A stretch of 64,000 nt of DNA from Waterburya sp. (GCA_965217895.1 CBDCJV010000002.1:1728001-1792000); one strand, 5' to 3'; numbered from the stretch's first letter, positions 41,185-51,730 are shown. Notes: generated from the sequence alone by a model not told the origin. Program-made: numbers and translations.

Positions 41185-42900
41185 TTATAATTCAATTGCC
41201 TGAGAACTAACAGGGTCAAGATTAGTGTCAAAGTCGGTAGTATGTTCATCAACATAATCAACCGCTTCTTTTAGGGCGATAGTGCGATCGCTTATTATAT
41301 TTTTACTGGGTATTTTTACAATTACACCTAACTTTCTGAAGCGTTTTTCGGCTTGACTTTGCAAACCTACTAAGAATACCTGACGACCTTTTTCTAATGC
41401 TTCAGTTATAGCATTTTCCAAAGCTAAGGCAGAAGTCACACCCAAAATTGGTACTTCTGACATATCTAAAACTAACGCTTGATAGTCATCAATTAAATTG
41501 TGTTCGCGAGAGATGGCTTTGGCTACCCCAAAAATCATCGGACCACTTAAATAGAACAATAGTACGCGCCCATTGGCTCTTTCTAATAACTGTTTTTCTT
41601 CATCGTTGAGTACAATTTCTTCATCGTCATAAGTGATAGCTTTGACTTTTTCGGCTCGCAAATTAGTCAGACGTTCGATAGTCAAAATATTGGCAACAAA
41701 TACACCCACACCAACAGCCACCATCAAGTCAACAAAAACAGTGAGGATAATCACCCCATACATAATTAAGGCTGCTTTGGGAGAAATTTTGTGAGCGCGT
41801 TTGAGAAAACCCCAATCCACAATATCAAAACCTACTTTAAAAGCTATCCCCGCTAAAACTGCACTAGGAATACCTGTCAAATATTGACTTAAACCTAAAA
41901 CAACTACTAGTAAAATCAAGGCGCGAGTTATGCCAGATAAGGCAGTTCGACCACCAGATTGGATATTAACTACTGTCCCCATAGTTGCACCAGCACCAGC
42001 AATACCACCAAATAAACCAGAAACTAAATTACCAATACCTTGACCAATTAATTCTTTGTTAGAGTTGTGTTCGGTACGAGTTAAACTGTCCGCTACCAGA
42101 GAAGTGAGCAAAGCATCAATACAGCCTAACATCCCCAACACTAAACCGTTAACAAGCATAACTCGCAGTTGATCGGCTTCAAAGGTAGGAAGCTGTAACT
42201 TAGGTAAACCAACTGAAATTTTACCAATAGTGTGAATATTAGCGTTATCAAAGAAAATAGGGAAGATAAAGATGGCGATTATACTTCCTACAATCAAAGC
42301 CAATAATTGAGGAGGCATGAATTTTTTCAGCTTGGACGGATAAAAGAACAAGATCCCTAGGGTTAAGGTAGCCAGCAAAGTTTCTAAAGGATTAATATTT
42401 GCCAGCAGGGTCGGTAATTTTTGCACTGTACCTAAAGCACCGCCCTTAGGACTAACTTGCCCCAAAAATGGTGCAGTCTGCAAAATAATCAGAATTACCC
42501 CAATACCTGACATAAAGCCAGATATCACCGTGTAGGGCATCAGGGTAATATATCTGCCTAATTTAAAAATTCCAAAGATAATTTGAAAAATACCTGCCAA
42601 CATGACGACAGTAAATGCCATTGCCAAACCGTTTTCAGGATCGGCAGCAGTTAGAGTGGCAATTACGGCAGTCATCACTACTGTCATTGGACCAGTTGGC
42701 TCAGAGATAAGACTGGGAGTTCCACCGAACAAAGCTGCAAACAAGCCAATTAAAATCGCGCCCCAAAGCCCAGCAGAAGCTCCCGCACCAGAAGCAACAC
42801 CAAAAGTCAGAGCCATGGGCAAAGCGATTACCGCAGCGGTAATACCACCGAAAATATCGCCCTTGACGTTTTTCAAGTGAATTATGTTGGTGATTGGCAT
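41185..42900 (-). CDS. bicA: SulP-family bicarbonate transporter with STAS domain
   Basis: GDIFGGITAAVIALP, SEPTGPMT, GATMGTVVN. Confidence 0.88.
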   Translation of the reverse strand: MPITNIIHLKNVKGDIFGGITAAVIALPMALTFGVASGAGASAGLWGAILIGLFAALFGGTPSLISEPTGPMTVVMTAVIATLTAADPENGLAMAFTVVMLAGIFQIIFGIFKLGRYITLMPYTVISGFMSGIGVILIILQTAPFLGQVSPKGGALGTVQKLPTLLANINPLETLLATLTLGILFFYPSKLKKFMPPQLLALIVGSIIAIFIFPIFFDNANIHTIGKISVGLPKLQLPTFEADQLRVMLVNGLVLGMLGCIDALLTSLVADSLTRTEHNSNKELIGQGIGNLVSGLFGGIAGAGATMGTVVNIQSGGRTALSGITRALILLVVVLGLSQYLTGIPSAVLAGIAFKVGFDIVDWGFLKRAHKISPKAALIMYGVIILTVFVDLMVAVGVGVFVANILTIERLTNLRAEKVKAITYDDEEIVLNDEEKQLLERANGRVLLFYLSGPMIFGVAKAISREHNLIDDYQALVLDMSEVPILGVTSALALENAITEALEKGRQVFLVGLQSQAEKRFRKLGVIVKIPSKNIISDRTIALKEAVDYVDEHTTDFDTNLDPVSSQAIEL

Positions 42901-42966
42901 AATAGCAATTTAAAATATTGTGTTGATATTGTGTTGGTAAATTTTACTATGTTCTAAGTTTTAATT

Positions 42967-43018
42967 ATTGATAAAATAGTTTCATATGTGATATACGATG
43001 GTTTTTAAACTATTGATT
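42967..43018 (-). promoter_or_regulatory. Putative LysR (NdhR/CcmR) operator upstream of bicA
   Basis: Minus strand ATCAATAG-tttaaaaa-CCAT ... TTATCAAT, resembling the ATAG-N8-CTAT box. Confidence 0.45.
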
Positions 43019-43151
43019 AAACACTATTGTTATTATTTTTCGATTGATTTAAATCTATATAAAACTGCACCCCAATCAAGTTTTAAAAGCAATCTTTACT
43101 GCTTGAATTTTTTAATCTCAAAAAGAAGGAAAGGTTATCAATCGACTATAG

Positions 43152-44006
43152 CTAATTATCGTTCCTGATAAAATTACGCTCGATCGCATCAGCTACACGA
43201 CAAACATCAAACATTTGGGCTACATCATGAACTCTCAAGATATCTGCACCTCTGGCGATCGCACCATAGCAAGCAGCAGCCGTACCCCATACCCTCTCTT
43301 GAGGCTCGTTTTGCTTGAGTATAGGACGCATAAAGCTTTTACGAGATACCCCGACCAAGAGTGGTAGATTCAGTGCTTTTAATTCAGTCAAACGCTGAAG
43401 TAATGCCAAACTTTGTGATGCAGTTTTAGCAAAGCCAATGCCAGGATCGATAATAATATTAGTCCGCTTAATACCACAGGAGATCGCTTTCGATGTCTGC
43501 GTTGCCAAAAATTCTGCTACTTCTGCCACCACATCTTGATATTGAGTCAAAGACTGCATTTTTTGGGGATTTCCGCGAATGTGCATCAAAACAATCGGTA
43601 CGTCTAATTGAGCTACGGTGGTCAACATCTGCCGATCGAGAGTTGCCCCTGATATATCATTGACCATATCTGCCCCTGCTGCGATCGCTCCAATGGCAAC
43701 AGTTGCTTTAGTAGTATCAACAGAAATAGGTATAGTTGATTCTTGGCGTAGCTGCTCAATTACAGGAATAACCCGCTCTAATTCCAATTCAACTGAAATA
43801 GCCTTCGCCTGAGGACGAGTAGATTCTCCACCAATATCAATAATATCTACTCCTTGAGCAATCATATTTCGAGCCTGCATCAGGGCAGATTCTAAGCTAT
43901 TAAACCTACCACCATCGCTAAAGCTATCGGGGGTAACGTTCAGAATACCCATCAAATAGGTTCTTTCTCCCCAGTTAAAATGGCGATCGCGAATTTTTAG
44001 AGTCAT
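43152..44006 (-). CDS. folP: Dihydropteroate synthase
   Basis: GILNVTPDSFSDGG, IGGESTRP, DPGIGF, SRKSF, LRVHDV. Confidence 0.97.
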   Translation of the reverse strand: MTLKIRDRHFNWGERTYLMGILNVTPDSFSDGGRFNSLESALMQARNMIAQGVDIIDIGGESTRPQAKAISVELELERVIPVIEQLRQESTIPISVDTTKATVAIGAIAAGADMVNDISGATLDRQMLTTVAQLDVPIVLMHIRGNPQKMQSLTQYQDVVAEVAEFLATQTSKAISCGIKRTNIIIDPGIGFAKTASQSLALLQRLTELKALNLPLLVGVSRKSFMRPILKQNEPQERVWGTAAACYGAIARGADILRVHDVAQMFDVCRVADAIERNFIRNDN

Positions 44007-44181
44007 AGCTAGTACGAGATATTAAATTCTACCAACAAATTTACTATTTCAAATGCTTTCTTTCGTGCAACTCCTCTGGTAGATTAATCCTAGTCCCAAA
44101 TTCTAAAGTTTATCTAATTTATCTTTAGACTTGGGTAATATTTATTAATTTATTTAACAAGCAATTAGGAGGAAAGTCGCA

Positions 44182-45381
44182 GTGGCTAAAAAGACCGTAG
44201 CGAGTTTAAGCGAAGCAGATGTCTCTGGAAAAAGAGTTTTAGTAAGAGCCGATTTTAATGTTCCTTTAGATGATAGTGGCAAGATTACAGACGATACTCG
44301 CATCAAAGCTGCATTACCCACAATTAAAGATCTGGTTGGTAAAGGCGGGAAAGTAATTTTATGTAGCCACATGGGTCGTCCCAAAGGAGAAGTTAAAGAA
44401 GAATTACGACTGACTTCTGTTGCTAAGAGACTGGGTGAGTTGTTGGAACAAGACGTTGCTAAGTGTGATGATTGCGTTGGCGATGCTGTAGCTTCTACTA
44501 TTGATGGTATGAGCAATGGTCAAGTTGTTCTTTTAGAAAACCTCCGTTTTCATAGTCAAGAAGAAGCAAATGACCCTGAATTTGCCAAACAGCTTGCTTC
44601 TAACGCCGATCTGTACGTTAACGAAGCATTTGGTACTGCTCACCGCGCTCATGCTTCTACTGAAGGGGTAACTCATTATCTAAGTCCTAGCGTTGCTGGT
44701 TATTTAATTGAAAAAGAATTAGATTATCTGCAAGATGCAGTTGACAACCCCAAGCGTCCCTTGGCTGCAATTATTGGCGGTTCAAAAGTCTCTAGTAAAA
44801 TTGGCGTAATTGATACTCTACTCGACAAGTGCGACAAGCTACTCATCGGTGGCGGGATGATATTTACTTTTTATAAAGCTCGTGGTCTTAGCGTTGGTAA
44901 TTCTTTAGTAGAAGAAGATAAGCTAGATCTAGCTAAGTCTTTAGAAGCTAAAGCTAAAGAGCAAGGCGTTGAACTACTATTGCCTACTGATGTTGTAATA
45001 GCTGATAATTTTGCGCCTGATGCCAATGCTAAAACTGTAAGCATCAATGATATTCCCGATGGCTGGATGGGACTAGATATTGGTCCTGATTCAATTAAAG
45101 TATTTCAAGATGCTCTAGCTGACTGTAAGGCAGTAATTTGGAATGGTCCAATGGGCGTATTTGAATTCGATAAATTTGCTGCTGGTACTGAAGCGATCGC
45201 CCATACTTTGGCTGGTAAATCTGATGCTGTCACTATCATTGGTGGAGGTGATTCCGTTGCAGCAGTAGAAAAAGTTGGTGTAGCTGAAAAAATGAGCCAT
45301 ATTTCTACTGGTGGTGGTGCAAGTTTAGAGCTATTGGAAGGTAAAACTTTACCTGGTATTGTTGCTTTGGATGATGCTTAA
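44182..45381 (+). CDS. pgk: Phosphoglycerate kinase
   Basis: [32 protein letters not shown]. Confidence 0.98.
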   Translation: MAKKTVASLSEADVSGKRVLVRADFNVPLDDSGKITDDTRIKAALPTIKDLVGKGGKVILCSHMGRPKGEVKEELRLTSVAKRLGELLEQDVAKCDDCVGDAVASTIDGMSNGQVVLLENLRFHSQEEANDPEFAKQLASNADLYVNEAFGTAHRAHASTEGVTHYLSPSVAGYLIEKELDYLQDAVDNPKRPLAAIIGGSKVSSKIGVIDTLLDKCDKLLIGGGMIFTFYKARGLSVGNSLVEEDKLDLAKSLEAKAKEQGVELLLPTDVVIADNFAPDANAKTVSINDIPDGWMGLDIGPDSIKVFQDALADCKAVIWNGPMGVFEFDKFAAGTEAIAHTLAGKSDAVTIIGGGDSVAAVEKVGVAEKMSHISTGGGASLELLEGKTLPGIVALDDA

Positions 45382-45485
45382 ATTATTAAGCATTAAGCAT
45401 TAAGCATTTATTAGCCTGTAGATTGACTTATGTTGGTCTATGGGTGTTTTTTTATGGCATAAAGGTAAGAAAGTTAATTGATTGA

Positions 45486-47540
45486 ATGTACCGTACTAAT
45501 TTAGGCAAAGCCATATTGTTGATCGCAGGTATTCTTATTGCTGTAGCTTTTTATTCTTTTGGAAAAATTCAAGCTTATGAAAATATTAAATATATTTCTA
45601 TGAGTGAAAGAGTTGATGAGAATTTGGCTCTCGATCGCGAAGCCAAATCGGAAACTACTTCAAGCGATCGCTTGAGAGAATTGGCTGCTTTAAATGACGA
45701 TCTGGCGCAAATAGTAGCGAGCAATATTTCTGCACCTCCAGAATTACTAAAAGATTTAGCTTTTCATAAGAATCAAGCTGTCAGGAAAGCCGTTGTTAGA
45801 AACTCCAATACTCCGATAGAAACACTATTTATTTTAGGTGAATATTTCCCGCGAGATTTATTAAACAACCCAGTCTTTGAGTTTTTGACATTAGAAGATT
45901 TAAAATTCGTAGAAAAGATTTCTTCTGGTGCTATAGCTAGTCTAATTCAACAACCAAATGTCCCAGAATTTTTACTAAAGTATGCTGCTAGCCATAAAGA
46001 TAAAACAATAGCATATATGGCAAAAATGAGCGTAGCTATCTCAGGAGAAATGAATGAAGGATGGCATGAAGAAGCAGCAATTGTAATTCGAGAAACTCAT
46101 CTTAAATACGATATTCTCGATAATTATTTTGACGAGAAAGAAGTTAATAAATTCTTAGTATCTTCGGAATTGTTGCCTAATTTTCTTGAATTTATTCCTC
46201 CTGTTATTTTAAATAATTTGGAATTTAGAAGGAATCTAGGGAAAAATTCTAACGCAACGCCTAATTGGTTGAGACAACTGGCGAATGATTCTACTCGTTG
46301 GATTCGTAACGGTGTAGCAAAAAATCCTAATACCCCCTTAGATATATTAGAACTTTTGTCACGCGATCGCAATTATATGGTTCGTAGGGATGTGTTAGAA
46401 AATACTAATACAACAGTAGAAATAGTAGAATCCCTTGCTAATGATTCCAGTACTGAAGTTCGTAGCGGTGTAGCGAAAAATCATAAAACACCGACATATA
46501 AACTAAAATTACTTGCTGGCGATCCAAGTGAGCAAGTTCGTATGCAGGTAGCAGCAAATCCGAATACACCAGCAGCCAAACTTGAATTATTAGCTAATGA
46601 CGAAGATCCAACGGTTAGTCAGCTTGCTGCAAAAAACCCAAATACACCAGATAAAATACTAGAGTCTTTAGCTAAAGACTCTAGCGAAGACAAGCGCGGA
46701 TACATAGCAGAAAATATTGGTACACCCATAAGTATTCTTGAATTACTTGCTACTGATTCCGATCATTGGGTTCGCTATTATGTAGCAACAAATCCTAATA
46801 CACCATTAAATATACTAAAATCACTTGCTACCGATTCTGACAATTCAGTTCGTAGTGGCGTAGCGAAAAACCCGAATACATCTCTTGATATACTAGAATT
46901 TCTTGCTACTGACTCTACCAATTCCGATGTCCATAATTGGATTCACAAATCTTTAGCGGAAAATCCCAATGCATCGGCAAAAATCTTAAAATTTATTTCT
47001 ACTAATACCAATCCCTCTGTACGAGAAAATGTTGCCAGGAATCCTAATGCAACATCTGACATACTACAACTACTTGCTAAAGATTCTTTTGATATGGTTC
47101 GCTATTATGTAGCGGAAAATTCCAGTACATCATCAGAGATTTTGAAATTACTCGCCAATGATTCCAATATTTGGGTTCGTAGCAGCGTGGCGAAAAATCC
47201 GAATACAACTATCGAGACAATAGAAAAACTTGCTAATGATGCCGATAATTTAGTTCGCGAGTCTGTTTCGGCAAATCCTCAATGTACCCATAAAATAAAA
47301 GAAACTATTTTTAATAACTTTGCCAAATTGGAATATCCGTCTTTTAATCGTTTAACTTTTTTCCTAAGCGATTATGCAGAAAGCTTGGTTTTGGCTGAAA
47401 ATAGCAATTCTATCTCGTGGTTAGAAAGATATGCGATCGCCCAAAATGCCAAAACTCCAAAGGATACTCTCCAACAATTAGCCCAAGATGGCAATCGTAT
47501 TGTTCGTGCTACAGCAAAAGAAAGCTTAGAAAGATATTGA
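45486..47540 (+). CDS. HEAT/LRV-type solenoid repeat protein with N-terminal hydrophobic segment
   Basis: Many roughly 24-aa repeats VRxxVAxNPNTPxxILxxLAxD. Confidence 0.85.
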   Translation: MYRTNLGKAILLIAGILIAVAFYSFGKIQAYENIKYISMSERVDENLALDREAKSETTSSDRLRELAALNDDLAQIVASNISAPPELLKDLAFHKNQAVRKAVVRNSNTPIETLFILGEYFPRDLLNNPVFEFLTLEDLKFVEKISSGAIASLIQQPNVPEFLLKYAASHKDKTIAYMAKMSVAISGEMNEGWHEEAAIVIRETHLKYDILDNYFDEKEVNKFLVSSELLPNFLEFIPPVILNNLEFRRNLGKNSNATPNWLRQLANDSTRWIRNGVAKNPNTPLDILELLSRDRNYMVRRDVLENTNTTVEIVESLANDSSTEVRSGVAKNHKTPTYKLKLLAGDPSEQVRMQVAANPNTPAAKLELLANDEDPTVSQLAAKNPNTPDKILESLAKDSSEDKRGYIAENIGTPISILELLATDSDHWVRYYVATNPNTPLNILKSLATDSDNSVRSGVAKNPNTSLDILEFLATDSTNSDVHNWIHKSLAENPNASAKILKFISTNTNPSVRENVARNPNATSDILQLLAKDSFDMVRYYVAENSSTSSEILKLLANDSNIWVRSSVAKNPNTTIETIEKLANDADNLVRESVSANPQCTHKIKETIFNNFAKLEYPSFNRLTFFLSDYAESLVLAENSNSISWLERYAIAQNAKTPKDTLQQLAQDGNRIVRATAKESLERY

Positions 47541-47783
47541 TAACTAAAATAATATGCTGCTATGAATAAAACAGACAATAATTTCAGATTCGATTCCTTA
47601 TGCCATCTTTCATACTTTAGCAAGTAAGTCTGATATCGCTATCATCATTGATGGTGAAGACTACGTAGCTGAGGTAAATAATATAGCTTGTAGATAAAAA
47701 TGATTTTTCTACAGGCTTTTTTGATGGCGACATTTAAACATTGGGCGATTAGGATAGGAAGGGGAAATTAAAGGGTATGGGAA

Positions 47784-48926
47784 GTGAGCAGTTTCTGGGA
47801 TTCTATAAATATTGATTGGCTAAACTCGGAAATTGTGGAGGGGGATTTTCCTCTGCTAAAAGTTATTCTGGTAATTGTGGTCATAACCCTGGCACAAGTG
47901 TTAAGAAAGCTTTTTTCAGCAATTATTATCAAATACATAGAAGATTTAACCAGTCAGACAGAAACAGAATTAGATGATAAGTTGATTGCTATTCTCAAGC
48001 AGCCTCTAAACTGGCTTATTGTTATTGCTGGGGTTGGAGTTGCCAAGTTAATTATCGTTACTGAATTAAACTCAGCTATTAATAAAACTGCCGATAATAT
48101 AATTGGTTTGTTGGCGATCGCCACAGTTGCCTGGATTATTTTTCGTGCTTCTCCTTTGTTAGGTGAACTTTTAGGTAATTTAGCACTCGAAACAGAAACC
48201 GAACTAGATGATCTGGTTGTTCCTTATCTACCTAAACTTTTTCAAACTTTAGCTATAATCATTGTCTTACTCAAGACAGCAGAAGTCTTACTAGGTGCAT
48301 CAGCAGGAGCGTTAGTCGGTTTAATTGGTGGTACAGGTATTACTTTAGGGTTATTACTCAAAGATATTGTTTACGACTGGTTTTGCACCGTAATTATTTT
48401 TGCCGATCGCCTCTATGGCCTTGATGACATCTTAAAGGTTCAAGGAATAGATAAACTAGTACAGGTAAAGAATATTGGAGTCAGAAGCACCACCCTCTGC
48501 ATCTTAAGCCAAAATGCTTTAACTAAAATTCCCAACTCAAAAATGATTACGGGAATTGTGGAAAACTGGTCGCAAAATCCTGAACCGGAAAACCTCCTGG
48601 GTATTGATATTACCCTGAAGATCGACGATATTTCCTCAGAACAAACTGCCCTTATTTGTAATACTTTACGTCGCTTCCCTCAAGAAATTGAGTATTTGAG
48701 CAATCGCTTTACTGTCTGGTTTAGTGGTATGGAGCAAAATGCACGGATTATTAAAGTTCAGGCTTTTGCCCAAGTAGATAATCTCAAATCCTATAGTGCT
48801 GTTTGGGAAAAGATCAACTTAGGTATCTTAAAAGTGATGGAACAAGAAGGAATTGAACTGTTTTCTTCGACACCTTTTGCAATTCTGCCTGCTAAATCGC
48901 AAAAAGAAGTAGCGGTTAAGAATTAA
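47784..48926 (+). CDS. MscS-family mechanosensitive channel
   Basis: Multiple TMs, VKNIGVRST, IPNSKM. Confidence 0.9.
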   Translation: MSSFWDSINIDWLNSEIVEGDFPLLKVILVIVVITLAQVLRKLFSAIIIKYIEDLTSQTETELDDKLIAILKQPLNWLIVIAGVGVAKLIIVTELNSAINKTADNIIGLLAIATVAWIIFRASPLLGELLGNLALETETELDDLVVPYLPKLFQTLAIIIVLLKTAEVLLGASAGALVGLIGGTGITLGLLLKDIVYDWFCTVIIFADRLYGLDDILKVQGIDKLVQVKNIGVRSTTLCILSQNALTKIPNSKMITGIVENWSQNPEPENLLGIDITLKIDDISSEQTALICNTLRRFPQEIEYLSNRFTVWFSGMEQNARIIKVQAFAQVDNLKSYSAVWEKINLGILKVMEQEGIELFSSTPFAILPAKSQKEVAVKN

Positions 48927-49039
48927 GGATTTTGTTTTGATGTTTTGTCATTGAGTATATATTTTTATTTTCTAACTGAGATTTTGAAACGAAAGTTTCT
49001 ACAGTCTATTTTAGGCAATGAAAAAGAGCAGATTAATTC

Positions 49040-49255
49040 TAGTAGACGTAAAACTCCCAACGGCATACCATCCCCAAAGAAAATTTTTTAGCGATCGCCA
49101 ACAACTGTTTCAATACTACCGCCACCAATATTTATTACTAAAGCTTTGTCATCTCCTAAAGCGATTGAATTGCGGACAGCCAGAAAAATTAACCGCGCTT
49201 CTTCTTTTCCAGAAATAATCCTCAGACTAAGACCAGTTTGAGCTACTACCTCACT
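49040..49255 (-). pseudogene. Ppx/GppA exopolyphosphatase internal fragment
   Basis: Hand translation EVVAQTGLSLRIISGKEEARLIFLAV..LVINIGGGSIE..DR*..MPLGVLRL. Confidence 0.75.
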
Positions 49256-49300
49256 ACCATTAGGAAATTAATTGAAATGATTCCTTATAGTCATAAGATA

Positions 49301-50015
49301 ACGTGAATTCGGGATAAGAAAAAGGACAGGTAGTAAGCTGAAAATAACGACAAATTCAGTAAACCTGCCCTATGTTTAGTAAAGACAGAATTATTTTGCT
49401 CTGTTGACGATTTTTGTCTTGATTTTGAACCAGGTTGGAAACAACAGTTATTAACACAGGGAAAATGCCGTCTTCGTAATCGTCGATTAAGCTTGAGTGA
49501 AATTATGGCGGTGGGGGACGCTGCTTCGTAAGCAGCTTGTCCAACCACCGCGTTGACGATAGAAATAGCCTTTCATTTATCTGCTTATAAAAATTTCAAG
49601 ACATTTTACTGAGAAATTGTTAACCACTATTGGTGTCAAGCTTTCCCGCACTTGGTTAGTTACAACCGATTTGTGGAATGGCAACCAAGCACTTTAATTC
49701 CTTTGATGGCATACCTTCGCTCTGGCTTGGGAACAAGTACAGGAATCGGATTTATTGATTCTACCAGTATTAAAGTTTGTCAACACGGATGACCATGCTT
49801 GACAAACAGCTATTACGCAAAAGAGCTATAGTTGAATCTGTTATTGAACAGCTCAAACATATCAGTCAAATAGAACACTCACGTCATCGTTCCCCTGCTA
49901 ATTTTGTAGTTAATTTACTCTTAGGGCTTGATTGCTTATTGCCATCGTCCCCAAAAGCCATCTATTGCCGTTGATGACTTGATTTTGTCTGCTTCTGCTT
50001 AACCTGAACTCACGT
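49301..50015 (+). mobile_element. IS982-family element, internally deleted
   Basis: TIRs ACGTGAATTCGGG / CCTGAACTCACGT; flanks [57 protein letters not shown]. Confidence 0.9.
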
Positions 50016-50176
50016 TAAAATATTTGTTATGCTGTTAGTGAAATAAAATTACTACAATAACTATTAATTTCTAATGAGTTCATTAAATAGATTAATTAAG
50101 TCTGTGGTAATTGGCTTAATTGTCTTTTTATTTTCCAGTTTATTAATTATTGATCCTGTTAATGCCAAAAGTATTA

Positions 50177-51549
50177 TAGTCATTCTAAATAGGAAAAGTA
50201 TGAAACAATAGATAGAAGCTGAGAAATCGAGCGGGTGAGATGACTTATAGTGTAGATTTACGAAAGCGAGTCGTAGGCTTTGTAGCTTCAGGAGGCTCGA
50301 AAGCCGAAGCATCAAGAAGATATGAGGTGAGTCTATAGTGTGTAAATGATTGGTGTCAAAGAAAGGATTTAACTCCACCACCACAAAGTCGAAGAAAGCG
50401 AAAACTAGATTGGAAAGCACTCGCTCAACATATTCAAGAAAATCCAGATGCTTTGTTGAGGGAGCGGGCGCAACGTTTTGGAGTGCATACAAGTGCGATT
50501 GGATATGCTCAAAAGCAGATGAAATTGACTCGTAAAAAGCGGTGCGACCCCGCGGATTTCTAATCCGCTAGGGAACGCGCACCAAGACAAAACTCTAAAA
50601 TACAGCGAACGTAAGCATAGTCAACGAATTACTTTTCTGAGAAACTTACGCGAAATTGTGAGCTTAAGATGAATCGGGCTTTGAAGAATATATCTATCGT
50701 CCCTATGGCTGGTCAACAGCTTGGTTCTACATGGTCGGGAAACCCGACCGTAGCCCAAGCTCAAAACGGGGACAAAAAACTTATGGCGATCGCAATGGGA
50801 AAAGAGGGTCAAGAACCAGTCTAATAGCTGGAAAAAGCGCACCGCCTGCGAGTAAAGGGTTTCCTCAGCGTAAAGACGGAGCAAGCAGAGGCAGAGAATT
50901 ATTAGCACCGATTCTTTTTAGAGGAAGTACTAACGCTTTATGGTTTAATCGATGGCTCGAAGAACATCTAATTCCAGAATTGAAACCGAACTCTACTTTG
51001 ATTCTCGATAATGCAGCATTTCATCGAAAGGACGATGTGTTTCGCATCGCCGAACAAGCTGGTCATCAAATTTTGTTTTTACCACTTAATAAATGGGTTT
51101 AAAGCCCCGTCATTTATGACCGCGATCTTAGGGCGACGGCTAGTCGCCATCTCTGCCCTCGACAATAGCCCTTTGTTGGAAACCAACAAGACCGCTTTGT
51201 CTCGCAATCGCGGTGTTGACAATTGGGACTGGGGACTGGGGACTGGGTACGGAAATTTCTACGTAGCCGACGGCGGCTTTTTTGTATGAATCTTCACACA
51301 AAAAACGCGCCTTATTAATCCCTAATTCCCAATCCCTAGAATCACCGTTCCTTTTAGGGCGGTGAGCAGTCAACACCTTATTCCCCAGACTTTAATCGTA
51401 TCGAACAAGACTTCGCCATTCTTAAAAAAAGTCGTATTTATGAGGACACGGGTGGCGAATTCAATTCGCCACCGTGAGATGTCCGTTCCGCTCCAGATAT
51501 TTCCTTAGATGACATCGTTAAATCATACGGAAATTATTTGGAATGACTA
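50177..51549 (+). mobile_element. IS630-family element, degenerate, with multiple inserts
   Basis: TIRs TAGTCATTCTAAATA / TATTTGGAATGACTA with TA duplication; MTYSVDLRKRV, DESGF, LDNAAFH, LPPYSPDFNRIE. Confidence 0.92.
51083..51373 (+). mobile_element. Non-autonomous IS200/IS605-family mini-element
   Basis: Inserted 3' of TTAC without duplication, ends TCAA; left end AAATGGGTTTAAAGCCCCGTC, right hairpin CACCGTTCC-TTTT-AGGGCGGTG; excision restores LPPYSP. Confidence 0.85.
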
Positions 51550-51562
51550 TAGATTTTATAAG

Positions 51563-51597
51563 CAAAAAGACCATCACTTTGAAGAAATGGTCTTTTT
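51563..51597 (-). terminator. rRNA operon terminator
   Basis: AAAAAGACCAT...ATGGTCTTTTT hairpin just downstream of 5S. Confidence 0.7.
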
Positions 51598-51611
51598 ACT
51601 TATAAGATAAA

Positions 51612-51730
51612 ACCTGGCACTGAGCTATTTTTCCGGGGGGCTACCCCCCAAGTATCTTCGCCGCTACAGAGTTTAACTATCGAGTTCGGGATGGGATCGA
51701 AGTGGTTCCACTGCGCTAAAAACACCAGGA
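51612..51730 (-). rRNA. rrf: 5S rRNA
   Basis: Reverse complement begins TCCTGGTG and contains CCCATCCCGAACTC. Confidence 0.95.
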
